Source: an uncultured cyanobacterium
Lineage (GTDB): Bacteria; Cyanobacteriota; Cyanobacteriia; Cyanobacteriales; CAWCAG01
NCBI GenBank assembly: GCA_963793425.1
Contig: CAWCAG010000009.1
Location: 320,001-384,000 of the forward strand
Direction of reading: 5' to 3'
DNA: 64,000 nt
Below, in pieces: positions 20,686-30,136 of this stretch. Position numbers and translations under genes: made by a program. Under the pieces are notes generated by a model, which saw only the letters and a program-made list of their open reading frames with translations, made no database searches and was not told the DNA's origin. Every line of letters begins with the position of its first letter. Position 1 is the first letter of the stretch.

Positions 20686-21186
20686 ATGACAGATCCACTA
20701 TCTCTATCAGCAGCAGCGATCGCAGCTTTAGCATTTACCAAAATGCTGGAGAAAACAGTAGAAAAGTTCACAGAAGGCGCACTTTCTAAGATGGATGAAC
20801 TACGTCAAAAGATTTGGCAGAAGTTGCGAGGTAATCCTAAAGCAGAAAAAGCTCTTACGGCAGTAGAAGAGGGTAATAAAGAAGAAATTCAGCGACTAGC
20901 TGTATATTTGCAAGATGCTATGGAAGATGATCCGCAATTTGCCAGTGAAGTTCAAGTAATGGCGCAAGAAATTAATGCAGGTAAGCTACAAGATAACAGC
21001 ATAATGAATCAGAATAACTACGACAATAGTACTGGTTATCAAACTAAAAATGAAGGAGGAACCAACTTTGTTGGTGGAAATCACTATCACGGCAATCCTC
21101 CTCTTGAAGAGTGCAAACTAAAAATGAAGGAGGAACCAACTTTGTTGGTGGAAATCACTATCACGGCAATCCTCCCTCTTGACTAG
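20686..21186 (+). CDS. Bell/HeLo-like small helical protein with a C-terminal N/Q/G-rich (amyloid-like) motif; 3' end altered by a tandem duplication
   Basis: MTDPLSLSAAAIAALAFTK...LRQKIWQKLRG...DPQFASEV, then MNQNNYDNSTGYQTKNEGGTNFVGGNHYHG. Confidence 0.65.
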   Translation: MTDPLSLSAAAIAALAFTKMLEKTVEKFTEGALSKMDELRQKIWQKLRGNPKAEKALTAVEEGNKEEIQRLAVYLQDAMEDDPQFASEVQVMAQEINAGKLQDNSIMNQNNYDNSTGYQTKNEGGTNFVGGNHYHGNPPLEECKLKMKEEPTLLVEITITAILPLD

Positions 21187-21189
21187 AGT
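21040..21189 (+). repeat. Tandem direct repeat (~73 and ~76 bp) encoding QTKNEGGTNFVGGNHYHGNPP
   Basis: Copy 1 at 21040-21112 and copy 2 at 21114-21189 are identical except for 3 extra nt in copy 2. Confidence 0.95.
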
Positions 21190-22122
21190 CGCCTGAGTCG
21201 GAACGGGCAGAGTTAAATCCACAGAGAAAGAATAGGCGAGGGAAAACTTTAAAAGCTAACCTACTCAAGATTATCAAAGAGCAAGTAGAGACATGGCAAG
21301 AGGAAGCTTTACGTAATCGGGTTTATGTTGTCCCAGATAAAGATAAAAACCAAAGCCAAGTTGCACCTACTCTAATTCTTGAGGTTAAATCTGGTTCTAA
21401 ACCAAAAGAAACTCTACCGAAAAGTACTCATATCATTGATGTATTTCAGAGAAAAGGAGTTAATGGCAGGTTGCTTATTTTAGGTGAACCTGGGGCAGGT
21501 AAGACTACTATGCTATTTGAGTTAGCCAAAGTATTAGTGCAACGTGTAGAAACAAACTCAAACCATTGAAGCTTTGGGGTGGTCATGGAGTAGGGTTGTT
21601 GCTCATCTATTCGGTATTTTTATTGGAGGAGCAGTTCTTTGGCTAGCTGGAGGTTACTTTCTAGGAATCATGGAAGGATTAATTTTTGGATTTGTCTCAA
21701 TGGTCATTGCCGCAATCATTATTGGTTTGGGTGAAGATAGAATTGTGACAACTATAAAGGCAAATCAAGGTATCTGGCAGTCTCTGAGAAATGGAATTTT
21801 CTTTGCTTCGATTGGAGTGTTAGGAATAGGACTATTTGCTTTTTTGACAGATGTACCTATCTTTAACGCAGCAGTTATTGGACTTATTTTCGGCTTGTTT
21901 CAGGGATTTCCAGGCTGTCTCCAACACTTTATTCTCCGTCTCATCCTCTACTCCAACAACTACATCCCCTGGAACTACGCCCGCTTCCTCGACTACGCAG
22001 CAGATCGCATCTTCCTCCAAAAAGTAGGAGGCGGCTACATCTTCATCCATCGAATGTTAATGGAACACTTTGCCCAGATGGAAATGAAGCAATTGAAAAT
22101 TAAAACTTATCTGAAGCAATAA
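21111..22122 (+). pseudogene. Disrupted NACHT-transmembrane NLR (N-terminal motif + Walker A, core deleted, TM/C-terminal part retained)
   Basis: GTG at 21111, in-frame TGA at 21180, then LLILGEPGAGKTT, stop at 21569. Continues in another frame as TIEALGWSW...IPWNYARFLDYAADRIFLQKVGGGYIFIHRMLMEHFA. Confidence 0.8.
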
Positions 22123-22199
22123 GCCTCTAACATAGCTTCTGTTTTACGAGGATAGGATGAGATAAGCTAAAAGAAAGATTGATAAAACAACGCCTGTTT

Positions 22200-22334
22200 A
22201 TGAGTATTGTTATTTCAGACGAAATCCTACAAGCTTCTCAACTTACACCCCAAGAATTTTGCCAGGAAATTGCTTTATATCTGTTCCAAACAAATCGCTT
22301 AACTTTAAGCTATGCTAGCGTACATCTCAATTAG
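22200..22334 (+). pseudogene. Truncated UPF0175-family (antitoxin-like) gene
   Basis: MSIVISDEILQASQLTPQEFCQEIALYLFQTNRLTLSYAS then a premature end. Confidence 0.6.
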
Positions 22335-22370
22335 TAACCGAGCTGCTTTCAGTTCCGTCGCGTACCACAG

Positions 22371-22404
22371 TTAGCAACTAGCAACTAGCAATTAGCAATT
22401 AGCA
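22371..22404 (+). repeat. Short tandem heptamer repeat (TAGCAAY)n
   Basis: ttagcaactagcaactagcaattagcaattagcaa; same unit near 3588-3611, 8318-8340 and 51388-51411. Confidence 0.85.
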
Positions 22405-22429
22405 AAAACCAGACTATGATCATTTTGCC

Positions 22430-24493
22430 ATGAGTCAGACCAATAAAGATAATAGCGGAAACTGGCAAAACTCTCCCTTAACCCCTAAAGAATATCGGAA
22501 GCGTCAGGACTTACTTACCAAAGTTAAGAACTTTTGGGTTAAAGGAGTTTTAGAAAAATCTTTCCACAACCAAGCATTAATAGAGTTGGGCTTAGAGGAA
22601 AGCCCAGATACAGTGGCTTACCTTGGGAATATTATTTTAGAAACCGAGGATTTCTTACCCCGACCCCTCACTGAAGCTATTAAAGTTATCGATATCTTTA
22701 AGGGAAATAATACAGAGGAAAGTCTCTTAATTTTGGGGGAACCAGGTTTAGGAAAAACCACAACTTTGTTGCAACTCGCCCAAGATTTAATTAGCCGCGC
22801 TGAACAAGATATTAATCTACCAATTCCTGTAGTTTTTAATCTCTCTGCTTGGAACAACAAACCGCAGAAGATAGAAGACTGGTTAATAGAAGAATTGGCT
22901 ACTAAGTATGATGTTCCCCAAGCAATTAGCAAAACTTGGCTTAAGAAACAGCAAATACTACCTTTACTTGATGGTTTAGATGAAGTTGAGGTAGATTATC
23001 GAGATAATTGTATTGCTACATTGAACCAATTTAAGCAAGATTATGTTACAGGGTTAGTGGTGTGTAGTCGCAGTAAGGAATATGAAAATCTTTCTAATCG
23101 TTTAAACTTTCAAACTACAGTCTCTTTACAACCACTTACTTTAGAGAAAATTTGTGGTTATTTAGATAGTTTAGCTGCTGAATTAACAGGATTGAGAAAA
23201 TTAATCGCAGAGAATTTGCTATGGCAAAAATTAGCTCAATCTCCTGCAACTCTCAATATCATGGCTTTAGCTTATCAGGGAGTAAAGTTTGAAGACTTAC
23301 CACAATTTGAAGCTAGAGAAGATTATCTTGATAAGTTACTTGATGACTATGTTGAGCGAAGACTTAAGCATATTCATCCTGCCAAAATTACTCCCAAGTA
23401 TTCAGAATCTCAGACTAAAATTTGGCTAAGCTGGCTGGCAAAAAAGATGATGGTGCAGGAATCTAAAACTGTATTTTTAATTGAGATGATGCAGCCTCGG
23501 TGGTTGAAAACCAGGTGGCAAAAATTACTGTATAAAGCAGGAGTTAAAATAGCCATTGCTTTGGTTTTGTTTGGTACTGCCAAACTGAGTGGTTTGCTAA
23601 TTCCTACTTTTGAAAGTTTTGTCTCTATGACGATGAATTTTGTGGCAATTCTTTGTATTATCGTTCTGAAAAAGAAAGGTAATCTAATTTCCGACTTAAA
23701 AGGAGGATTACTCATCCAAGCAATTTTTTATGCAATTGGTTCTATGCCAATAATGTTGATATTAATATGTATCAATGCATTTTTTATCTTAACTGAAAAC
23801 CTCTCTAACGCAGAAATACAGCCATTAGCAACTTTCAAAATAGAACCCCAACAAATAAATAAAGAGTTGACTTTAGCTTTAATGGGTGGAATAGTCGTAG
23901 GACTGATTGTTTGCTTGGGGATGATAACTTCCTTCCGCCCAATTGTGATCGGAGTAAGTGCAGGTTTAAGTTTGATTAGTGGTTTAGCTGGCACACTGCT
24001 ATTTCTATTAGTATTCGGCCTCATTGGTAGGTTAGTTGCTTCCCACAATAAAATGAGCATCACACCTAATCAAAGCATTAAACAATCAGCCACTAACGCC
24101 ATCGTAGCCACTCTATTTTTAGGACTAGTTAGTAGTTTGGCTATGGGGTTAATATTTGGCCCTTTTTGGGAAGTTATCATGCCCCAAGAACTACCAAATC
24201 TCATGGCTCCAACCCCTAAATTAGAACTATTTTTGAGTAGGTTATCTGTATTTAGTGCTTTCATGTTAGCTATTTTCCTGAGCTTTGGTTCAATCGGAGG
24301 ATTGCTTTATGGAGGAATAACTTGCATACAGCATCTCATCCTTCGCCTTGTCCTCTACTGCAACAACTACATCCCTTGGAACTACGCCCGTTTCCTTGAC
24401 TATGCAGCGGATCGTCTCTTCTTACAAAAAGTCGGGGGAGGCTACATCTTCACCCATCGGATGTTGATGGAACACTTTACCCAAATTAAATAA
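22430..24493 (+). CDS. NACHT NTPase with C-terminal transmembrane helices (bacterial NLR-like)
   Basis: Walker A GEPGLGKT, Walker B LLDGLDE, multiple TM segments, conserved IPWNYARFLDYA...GGGYIF.HR tail. Confidence 0.9.
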   Translation: MSQTNKDNSGNWQNSPLTPKEYRKRQDLLTKVKNFWVKGVLEKSFHNQALIELGLEESPDTVAYLGNIILETEDFLPRPLTEAIKVIDIFKGNNTEESLLILGEPGLGKTTTLLQLAQDLISRAEQDINLPIPVVFNLSAWNNKPQKIEDWLIEELATKYDVPQAISKTWLKKQQILPLLDGLDEVEVDYRDNCIATLNQFKQDYVTGLVVCSRSKEYENLSNRLNFQTTVSLQPLTLEKICGYLDSLAAELTGLRKLIAENLLWQKLAQSPATLNIMALAYQGVKFEDLPQFEAREDYLDKLLDDYVERRLKHIHPAKITPKYSESQTKIWLSWLAKKMMVQESKTVFLIEMMQPRWLKTRWQKLLYKAGVKIAIALVLFGTAKLSGLLIPTFESFVSMTMNFVAILCIIVLKKKGNLISDLKGGLLIQAIFYAIGSMPIMLILICINAFFILTENLSNAEIQPLATFKIEPQQINKELTLALMGGIVVGLIVCLGMITSFRPIVIGVSAGLSLISGLAGTLLFLLVFGLIGRLVASHNKMSITPNQSIKQSATNAIVATLFLGLVSSLAMGLIFGPFWEVIMPQELPNLMAPTPKLELFLSRLSVFSAFMLAIFLSFGSIGGLLYGGITCIQHLILRLVLYCNNYIPWNYARFLDYAADRLFLQKVGGGYIFTHRMLMEHFTQIK

Positions 24494-24874
24494 GTAAAAC
24501 TTTTCTTTTTTCTATTTACTCTTTTAATCATTTAAACCTCAGCAATTTTTGAGGCTTTTATGAAGTTATGTCAAGAACGAGGTGATAAGACTTTGTAGGG
24601 GCTTGCTTTTACCTGGAAATTAAGCAAAAATTATTACAAGTGATAAGTTGGTATCTTTTGGTCTTAAAAATCTTCCACTGAGCAAAAGTAACCGGATATC
24701 GAGGTTTGCATCTGGTTAAACAATTTGCACAGAAGACATTCTACACAACAAAGACCTGTAAGATAAACATTTCTTTTTTGACCTCAATTTAATCACCTAT
24801 TGACAAAATGAACATTTTGTGAAACGAACTTGATGAAATAACTTTGTTTATATCGTGGAATCGCAATTTCTTTT

Positions 24875-24943
24875 AATAATTATTCTGCTGAACAAAAACA
24901 AAGTCTAGCGGAGGCAGCAGCAGAAATTCAGCAACTATCCTAG
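24875..24943 (+). pseudogene. Short gene remnant (EQKQSLAEAAAEIQQL helical motif)
   Basis: NNYSAEQKQSLAEAAAEIQQLS*, a motif I recognise from C-terminal domains of cyanobacterial pentapeptide/GTPase/NLR-associated proteins. Confidence 0.5.
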
Positions 24944-24958
24944 AAAAGAAACAGGGTG

Positions 24959-27388
24959 TTAATTTTGCTTCTGTTTGATGACATCAATAGGTAACAGCAA
25001 AGTTTCTTCAATTTCTTGGCGAACTTCCGGGCTTACATAACAGTCTTGATGTAAAGATTGAGTTAATAGTTGGTTGGCATAATAATATTGTTTTAGTAAT
25101 TCTTTTTGTTGGTTGCTAAATTGCCAATCATGACCAATATTGCGATATTTAATTATGATTTTTCTTAAATCTTCTCTCCAAGTATTACCGTTAGCTTTCC
25201 ACCACTGCTTCAATTCTTTTTTACTTATCCTAGCAGGAAGCTGATTATTAAGTCTTCGTATTTCTCGATGTAGTTCACGATCAATTTCTTGCGACAGTTT
25301 GAGAATATATGAAAGTTTGAGACTTCGCGAGAAGTAGGAAGCTTGCGAAAAGCCAGGAGGTCGCGGGAAGTTTCTTGAGTCGAGGGTTAAGAAGAGGCTA
25401 ATATTGATATCTATGTTGAAAGAATTAGAAAGGGAGAAGTAAAGAAGTGCATCAAGGTCAACATTGATATCAGTACTAAAGTTTGTATCAATTTTAGACA
25501 ATAAAGATACATAAACAGGTACAGAAAGTGTGCGAGATAAGGAGCTAGGAAGTTTGAGAGCTTGGGATTGACATGAGAGATAGAGGTGAAAGTAAAGGCA
25601 TCGAGAAAGAGACAGTTTCATATCGGGATAGAAATCAATCTTCTCCTGAACTTTTGAAATATCTTCTTGCTTAAAAGTAATATTTTCAGCTACAGTTTTC
25701 TCATTTAACCGCTGTAAAAATCGTTGTATTTTCTCATCCTCCGCCAATAAATAATCAATCTTTTCCTTCATCAATAAAACTAACTTTTCTCCATTGGGAG
25801 ACATAGCCACCGCCAACAAAAACACTTCACGCCAGCGTTTATCAAAAATATGATTAACTAATTCTTCTAATGCTTGATCTGAAGATTGACGAACTTGAAT
25901 GATTTTCCTGGCAGTAAAGTATTCTTGAAAAGTTAAATGAGAGAAAGAATAAATATGTTTTGCCCTTTCTACTAACAAGCCATGTTGTGATTCAATAGAC
26001 TTTAAGACAACTTCACTATCAAGTTTTAAAGCTGCTTCATCAGTATTAGCCCCAGGTAAATTACGAATATATTCCCCAACATATCTTTCTACCTTGTCTT
26101 GTTTAAAGAAATATTCTCCCGGTGCAAAAGTATCCCAAGCAATCTTACTCAACAAGTCTTCTTTCCTTTGTATCCACAGTTTTTGATAAACTTCATCTCG
26201 TTGAATACCTCGCTTAGCATCCCATTTTTTCAACAGTGCATCCAAGCCCTCTTTATACAAACCAGCACGATTGCCAGGAAAATCACCAGACTCTTCAAAT
26301 ACCAAACAAAGTAAAGTAAGCAATAAAGGATTGGTAGCTAATTCTTGAATCGGTTCATCTTTTTCTAAGCGGCTTAAAAAGCTTTCTGGTTTAACTGGTT
26401 TATGCTGAAACCAATTAGTAGCAAAAATAGTTATTTGTTCCCAATCAAAATCAGCGATTTCTACTTCAGTAAATTGCTCAAAAGTGTATTCCCGTGCTGC
26501 AATACGACAAGTTAGTAAATATTGATTGCGAGAAAAGTTGGCGGAGAAATCGCGAATTTCCTTAATAACCCTTTTACTATCTTCTTGTAGTACTTCATCT
26601 AAACCATCAAAACAAATTAAAGCTTTACCTTGTTCTAAAAGCTGCTGTAAATTTTCTCTATCTTGTTTCTCAAGATACCTACCAATATAAGTTAATAATC
26701 TTGGTTGATTTTCTGCTTCGGCAAAGTCTTTGAGAGTAATAAAAAACGGTACTAAATCACCGTGAAATAAACCGCGATTGCATTGAATAACTAAATGCTT
26801 AAGGAAAGTTGTCTTACCAGCCCCTGGCTTACCTAAAATAAGTAGAGTTCGATATTTATTAACAGCTTCTTTACCTGGTATCTTTTCCTTTTCGATTTCT
26901 CCAAAATTGAAACGGTTAAAATTCTCGAAATCACAACTTTCAATCAACTCAGCAATTTCTTTACGCCTACGCCCGCTAATTTTTTCTAGGATATTAACTT
27001 TAGTATAAATATCATTCAAACCCACGGGCTGACTCATATCCAAAATTCGCATTGTGCCGCAGCGAGTTTCGATATCTTCTTTTACTTGTTCGCGAAACTT
27101 GTTAACTAAAAAAGAAATATCTATTGCTGATTTTTCTGACTCTAATTCTATCTGGTTAACAGCACTTTCTTCTAAACCTGTAACTTCTTGCCAATCTACA
27201 TCAAGTATTTCACAAATACGAACAAAAAGTTCACAATCTACTGCCTTGCCGTTAAAGAATTTAGAAATTGGCTGGCGAGTACAACCCAACCTTTCAGCAA
27301 TGGCTTTTTGAGTTATATTTTTACGTATTCTGGCATCTTTAACAACTTCAATATATGCTTCTAAAACTTGATGCGATCGCTTAGCCAT
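24959..27388 (-). CDS. XRE-HTH + NACHT NTPase with C-terminal helical domain
   Basis: N-terminal TQKAIAERLGCTRQPISKFFNG HTH, GKPGAGKT, CFDGLDE, FSHLTFQEYF, RNIGHDWQFS tail. Confidence 0.92.
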   Translation of the reverse strand: MAKRSHQVLEAYIEVVKDARIRKNITQKAIAERLGCTRQPISKFFNGKAVDCELFVRICEILDVDWQEVTGLEESAVNQIELESEKSAIDISFLVNKFREQVKEDIETRCGTMRILDMSQPVGLNDIYTKVNILEKISGRRRKEIAELIESCDFENFNRFNFGEIEKEKIPGKEAVNKYRTLLILGKPGAGKTTFLKHLVIQCNRGLFHGDLVPFFITLKDFAEAENQPRLLTYIGRYLEKQDRENLQQLLEQGKALICFDGLDEVLQEDSKRVIKEIRDFSANFSRNQYLLTCRIAAREYTFEQFTEVEIADFDWEQITIFATNWFQHKPVKPESFLSRLEKDEPIQELATNPLLLTLLCLVFEESGDFPGNRAGLYKEGLDALLKKWDAKRGIQRDEVYQKLWIQRKEDLLSKIAWDTFAPGEYFFKQDKVERYVGEYIRNLPGANTDEAALKLDSEVVLKSIESQHGLLVERAKHIYSFSHLTFQEYFTARKIIQVRQSSDQALEELVNHIFDKRWREVFLLAVAMSPNGEKLVLLMKEKIDYLLAEDEKIQRFLQRLNEKTVAENITFKQEDISKVQEKIDFYPDMKLSLSRCLYFHLYLSCQSQALKLPSSLSRTLSVPVYVSLLSKIDTNFSTDINVDLDALLYFSLSNSFNIDINISLFLTLDSRNFPRPPGFSQASYFSRSLKLSYILKLSQEIDRELHREIRRLNNQLPARISKKELKQWWKANGNTWREDLRKIIIKYRNIGHDWQFSNQQKELLKQYYYANQLLTQSLHQDCYVSPEVRQEIEETLLLPIDVIKQKQN

Positions 27389-27541
27389 AATTGCTCTAAA
27401 ATCACCTTTACTAATTATCGCGATTCCGAAAACACACCCAAGTCATACCTAGATTATACATAACTCACATCTTCGGCAAGCCCAGCTAAGACAAAGGATG
27501 CAACACCATTAAAGAGTCAAAATTATTCCAACATAAAACCA

Positions 27542-27661
27542 ATGGAAGAAATACTTTTCTTGATTCTCTCAACTCTGTTAACCTGGGCAATAGAACGTTC
27601 TGCGGATACTCTGCTAGATTTAATCATCGAGTGGTTGAAACGCAATATGGGACAAAAATAA
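27542..27661 (+). CDS. Putative 39-aa hydrophobic peptide
   Basis: MEEILFLILSTLLTWAIERSADTLLDLIIEWLKRNMGQK, divergent from HTH-NACHT and followed by an inverted repeat. Confidence 0.4.
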   Translation: MEEILFLILSTLLTWAIERSADTLLDLIIEWLKRNMGQK

Positions 27662-27786
27662 TCAGCCAATTGTAGAAGCGACCCGTTTACCTGGTATATT
27701 GCCTCATATCAACAAATAAAATTGGGTCGCTTACTTCATCAATACCGTGAAAAGGTGACCCCATCTAATAACATTAATGGTTTCCT

Positions 27787-27820
27787 AACTTATTACTTAT
27801 TACTTATTACTTATTACTTA
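27787..27820 (+). repeat. Short tandem heptamer repeat (ACTTATT)x~5
   Basis: acttattacttattacttattacttattactta directly before the helicase ATG. Confidence 0.9.
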
Positions 27821-29979
27821 TGTCTTACCATCGCCTCGCCCCTTTTATCCAAGAATATATTTATAACAACGGTTGGCAAGAATTAAGGCAAGTTCAAATT
27901 GAAGCTTGTGAGGTTATTTTTGATAGTAATGCTCATTTACTTTTGGCTACTGGAACTGCTTCCGGGAAAACGGAGGCAGCTTTTCTACCAATTTTAACGG
28001 TATTGCATCATAATCCCGCAAAAACCATTGGCGTGCTTTATATTAGCCCGATTAAAGCCTTAATTGATGACCAATTTGAACGCCTTAATGACTTACTTAA
28101 ACAAACCCATACTTCCGTTTGCGCTTGGCATGGAGATATTGCCCAAAGTAAGAAAAAGAGGTTATTAAAAGAACCCCAAGGGATCTTACAAATCACTCCA
28201 GAATCATTAGAGAGTTTGTTGATTAATCATCACGGGGAATTAAAACGCTTATTTGGTGATTTACGTTTTATCGTTATTGATGAAATTCATGCTTTTATGG
28301 GTTCCCAAAGAGGTAGCCAAATTCTTTGTCAATTAACCAGACTTTCTCGCCAGATAAATCAGCCTCCGCGACGTATTGGTTTATCTGCAACCTTGGGGGA
28401 TTATTCCTTAGCTAAACAATGGTTACAATCGGGAACTGATACACCTGTAATTGCCCCAGAAGTTGAGAGTAGTAAAAGGCAAGTTAGGTTGGCTTTAGAA
28501 CATTTCTTCCTAGCAGAAGCAGAGGAAGATTCTCCTTATTATCAATATATTTATCAACATAGTTTAGGCAGCAAAGCCTTAATTTTTACCAACAATCGTA
28601 CAGAAACAGAAACGGTTATTGCTAAGTTACGAAGCATTGCCCAAACTAAAACCACACCGGATATTTATCATGTTCACCATGGTAGTATTTCCGCCTTTTT
28701 ACGGGAACGGGCAGAAAGGGCAATGCGAACATCTCAACCTGCGGTTACCGCCGCCACAGTCACTTTAGAAATGGGTATTGATATTGGACAATTAGAAAGA
28801 GTAATTCAAGTGAATGCTCCCTTTTCTGTCTCCAGTTTCTTACAAAGATTAGGACGTACAGGAAGACGAGGAAATCCTGCGGATATGCGCTTTGTTTGTA
28901 CAGAAGATGAACTGTTAGGGGAAGAAGCTTTACCAAAGCAAATCCCCTGGCAATTGTTACAATCTATCGCCATTATTCAACTTTATTTAGAAGAACGTTG
29001 GATTGAACCGATTCCCCCTGCAAGTTATCCTTTTAGCCTCCTTTATCATCAAACCTTAAGCACCTTAACTGCAACAGGAGAACTTTCTCCTGCAACCTTG
29101 GCACAAGAAGTATTAAGTTTACCTATTTTTCAAACTATTTCTCCTGAAGATTTTCGCCAATTACTCCACTATTTAATTAGTATTGAACATTTGCAAACCA
29201 CAGAAACCGGAGGATTAATTATTGGTTTAAAAGGAGAGAAAATTGTAGGTAACTTTCATTTTTATGCCATTTTTGATAGCAAAGTTGAATATGTGGTTAA
29301 AGGGGAAGCCGGAGAAATTGGTAGCATTCCTTTACCTCTGCCCCAAGGCGATCGCTTTACTTTAGCGGGGAAAACTTGGCAAATCAAGGAAATTGATCAG
29401 CAAAGAAAGACGGTTTTTGTACAAGAAACAGAAGGTTTTGCTAGTACTTCTTGGCGGGGAGGTAAAGGGACTATTCACAATAAAGTTTTGCAAAAAATGC
29501 GTCAAGTTTTAGGAGAAGATGTGCAGTATGCTTATTTGCAACCAGGGGCGCAAGAAAGGTTAAATCAAGCCAGACAGTTAGCCAAAGTTTATGGCTTAGC
29601 GACGGGTAATTTAATTACTTTAGAAGATGATAGTTGCTGTTTGTTACCTTGGATGGGAACTATGGCTTATGGAACGTTGGAGAGGTATATCAACCTTTTT
29701 ATTCGAGAAAAAATAGATATTAGGAAAGTTAAAAGTTATTCCCCTTATTATTTAATTATTCATTTAGCTAAGGGAAAATTTAATGATTTATGGCAAGAAC
29801 TTATTGCCGCTTCTCAACTATCTTTAAGCAATGAAGATTTAATCGCCCCCGCTGAAGCCCCAAGGTTACATAAATATGATGCTTTTATTCCTAACAATTT
29901 ATTACGCAAAGCCTATGCTAAAGATTGTTTAGACGTGAAGCAAATGCAAGCAATAATTAGTAAGCTGTCAGGTATTTAG
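27820..29979 (+). CDS. Lhr-like DEAD/DEAH-box helicase
   Basis: GTASGKTEAA, ITPESLE, DEIH, GLSAT, HHGS, QRLGRTGRR. Confidence 0.9.
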   Translation: MSYHRLAPFIQEYIYNNGWQELRQVQIEACEVIFDSNAHLLLATGTASGKTEAAFLPILTVLHHNPAKTIGVLYISPIKALIDDQFERLNDLLKQTHTSVCAWHGDIAQSKKKRLLKEPQGILQITPESLESLLINHHGELKRLFGDLRFIVIDEIHAFMGSQRGSQILCQLTRLSRQINQPPRRIGLSATLGDYSLAKQWLQSGTDTPVIAPEVESSKRQVRLALEHFFLAEAEEDSPYYQYIYQHSLGSKALIFTNNRTETETVIAKLRSIAQTKTTPDIYHVHHGSISAFLRERAERAMRTSQPAVTAATVTLEMGIDIGQLERVIQVNAPFSVSSFLQRLGRTGRRGNPADMRFVCTEDELLGEEALPKQIPWQLLQSIAIIQLYLEERWIEPIPPASYPFSLLYHQTLSTLTATGELSPATLAQEVLSLPIFQTISPEDFRQLLHYLISIEHLQTTETGGLIIGLKGEKIVGNFHFYAIFDSKVEYVVKGEAGEIGSIPLPLPQGDRFTLAGKTWQIKEIDQQRKTVFVQETEGFASTSWRGGKGTIHNKVLQKMRQVLGEDVQYAYLQPGAQERLNQARQLAKVYGLATGNLITLEDDSCCLLPWMGTMAYGTLERYINLFIREKIDIRKVKSYSPYYLIIHLAKGKFNDLWQELIAASQLSLSNEDLIAPAEAPRLHKYDAFIPNNLLRKAYAKDCLDVKQMQAIISKLSGI

Positions 29980-30136
29980 ATTGTATTGTTAGGTTAGGGG
30001 AGCAGGAATTTAGTACCTCACAAGTAAGAGAATTGCTATAAATATTTATCAGATTTGGTATAACTGATAATCAAATTTGAGATAGACAGATGATAACCTA
30101 AATAGCAACTATCTTTATGGGGCTTATTGATTTGTC

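Noticed and set aside
21040..21189. Possible CRISPR repeats
   Set aside because: Only two ~75-bp adjacent copies, no spacers, protein-coding, and no cas genes.
21922..24484. 156-nt repeat pair as DGR TR/VR
   Set aside because: Mismatches are mostly synonymous and not adenine-restricted, consistent with paralogous coding tails.
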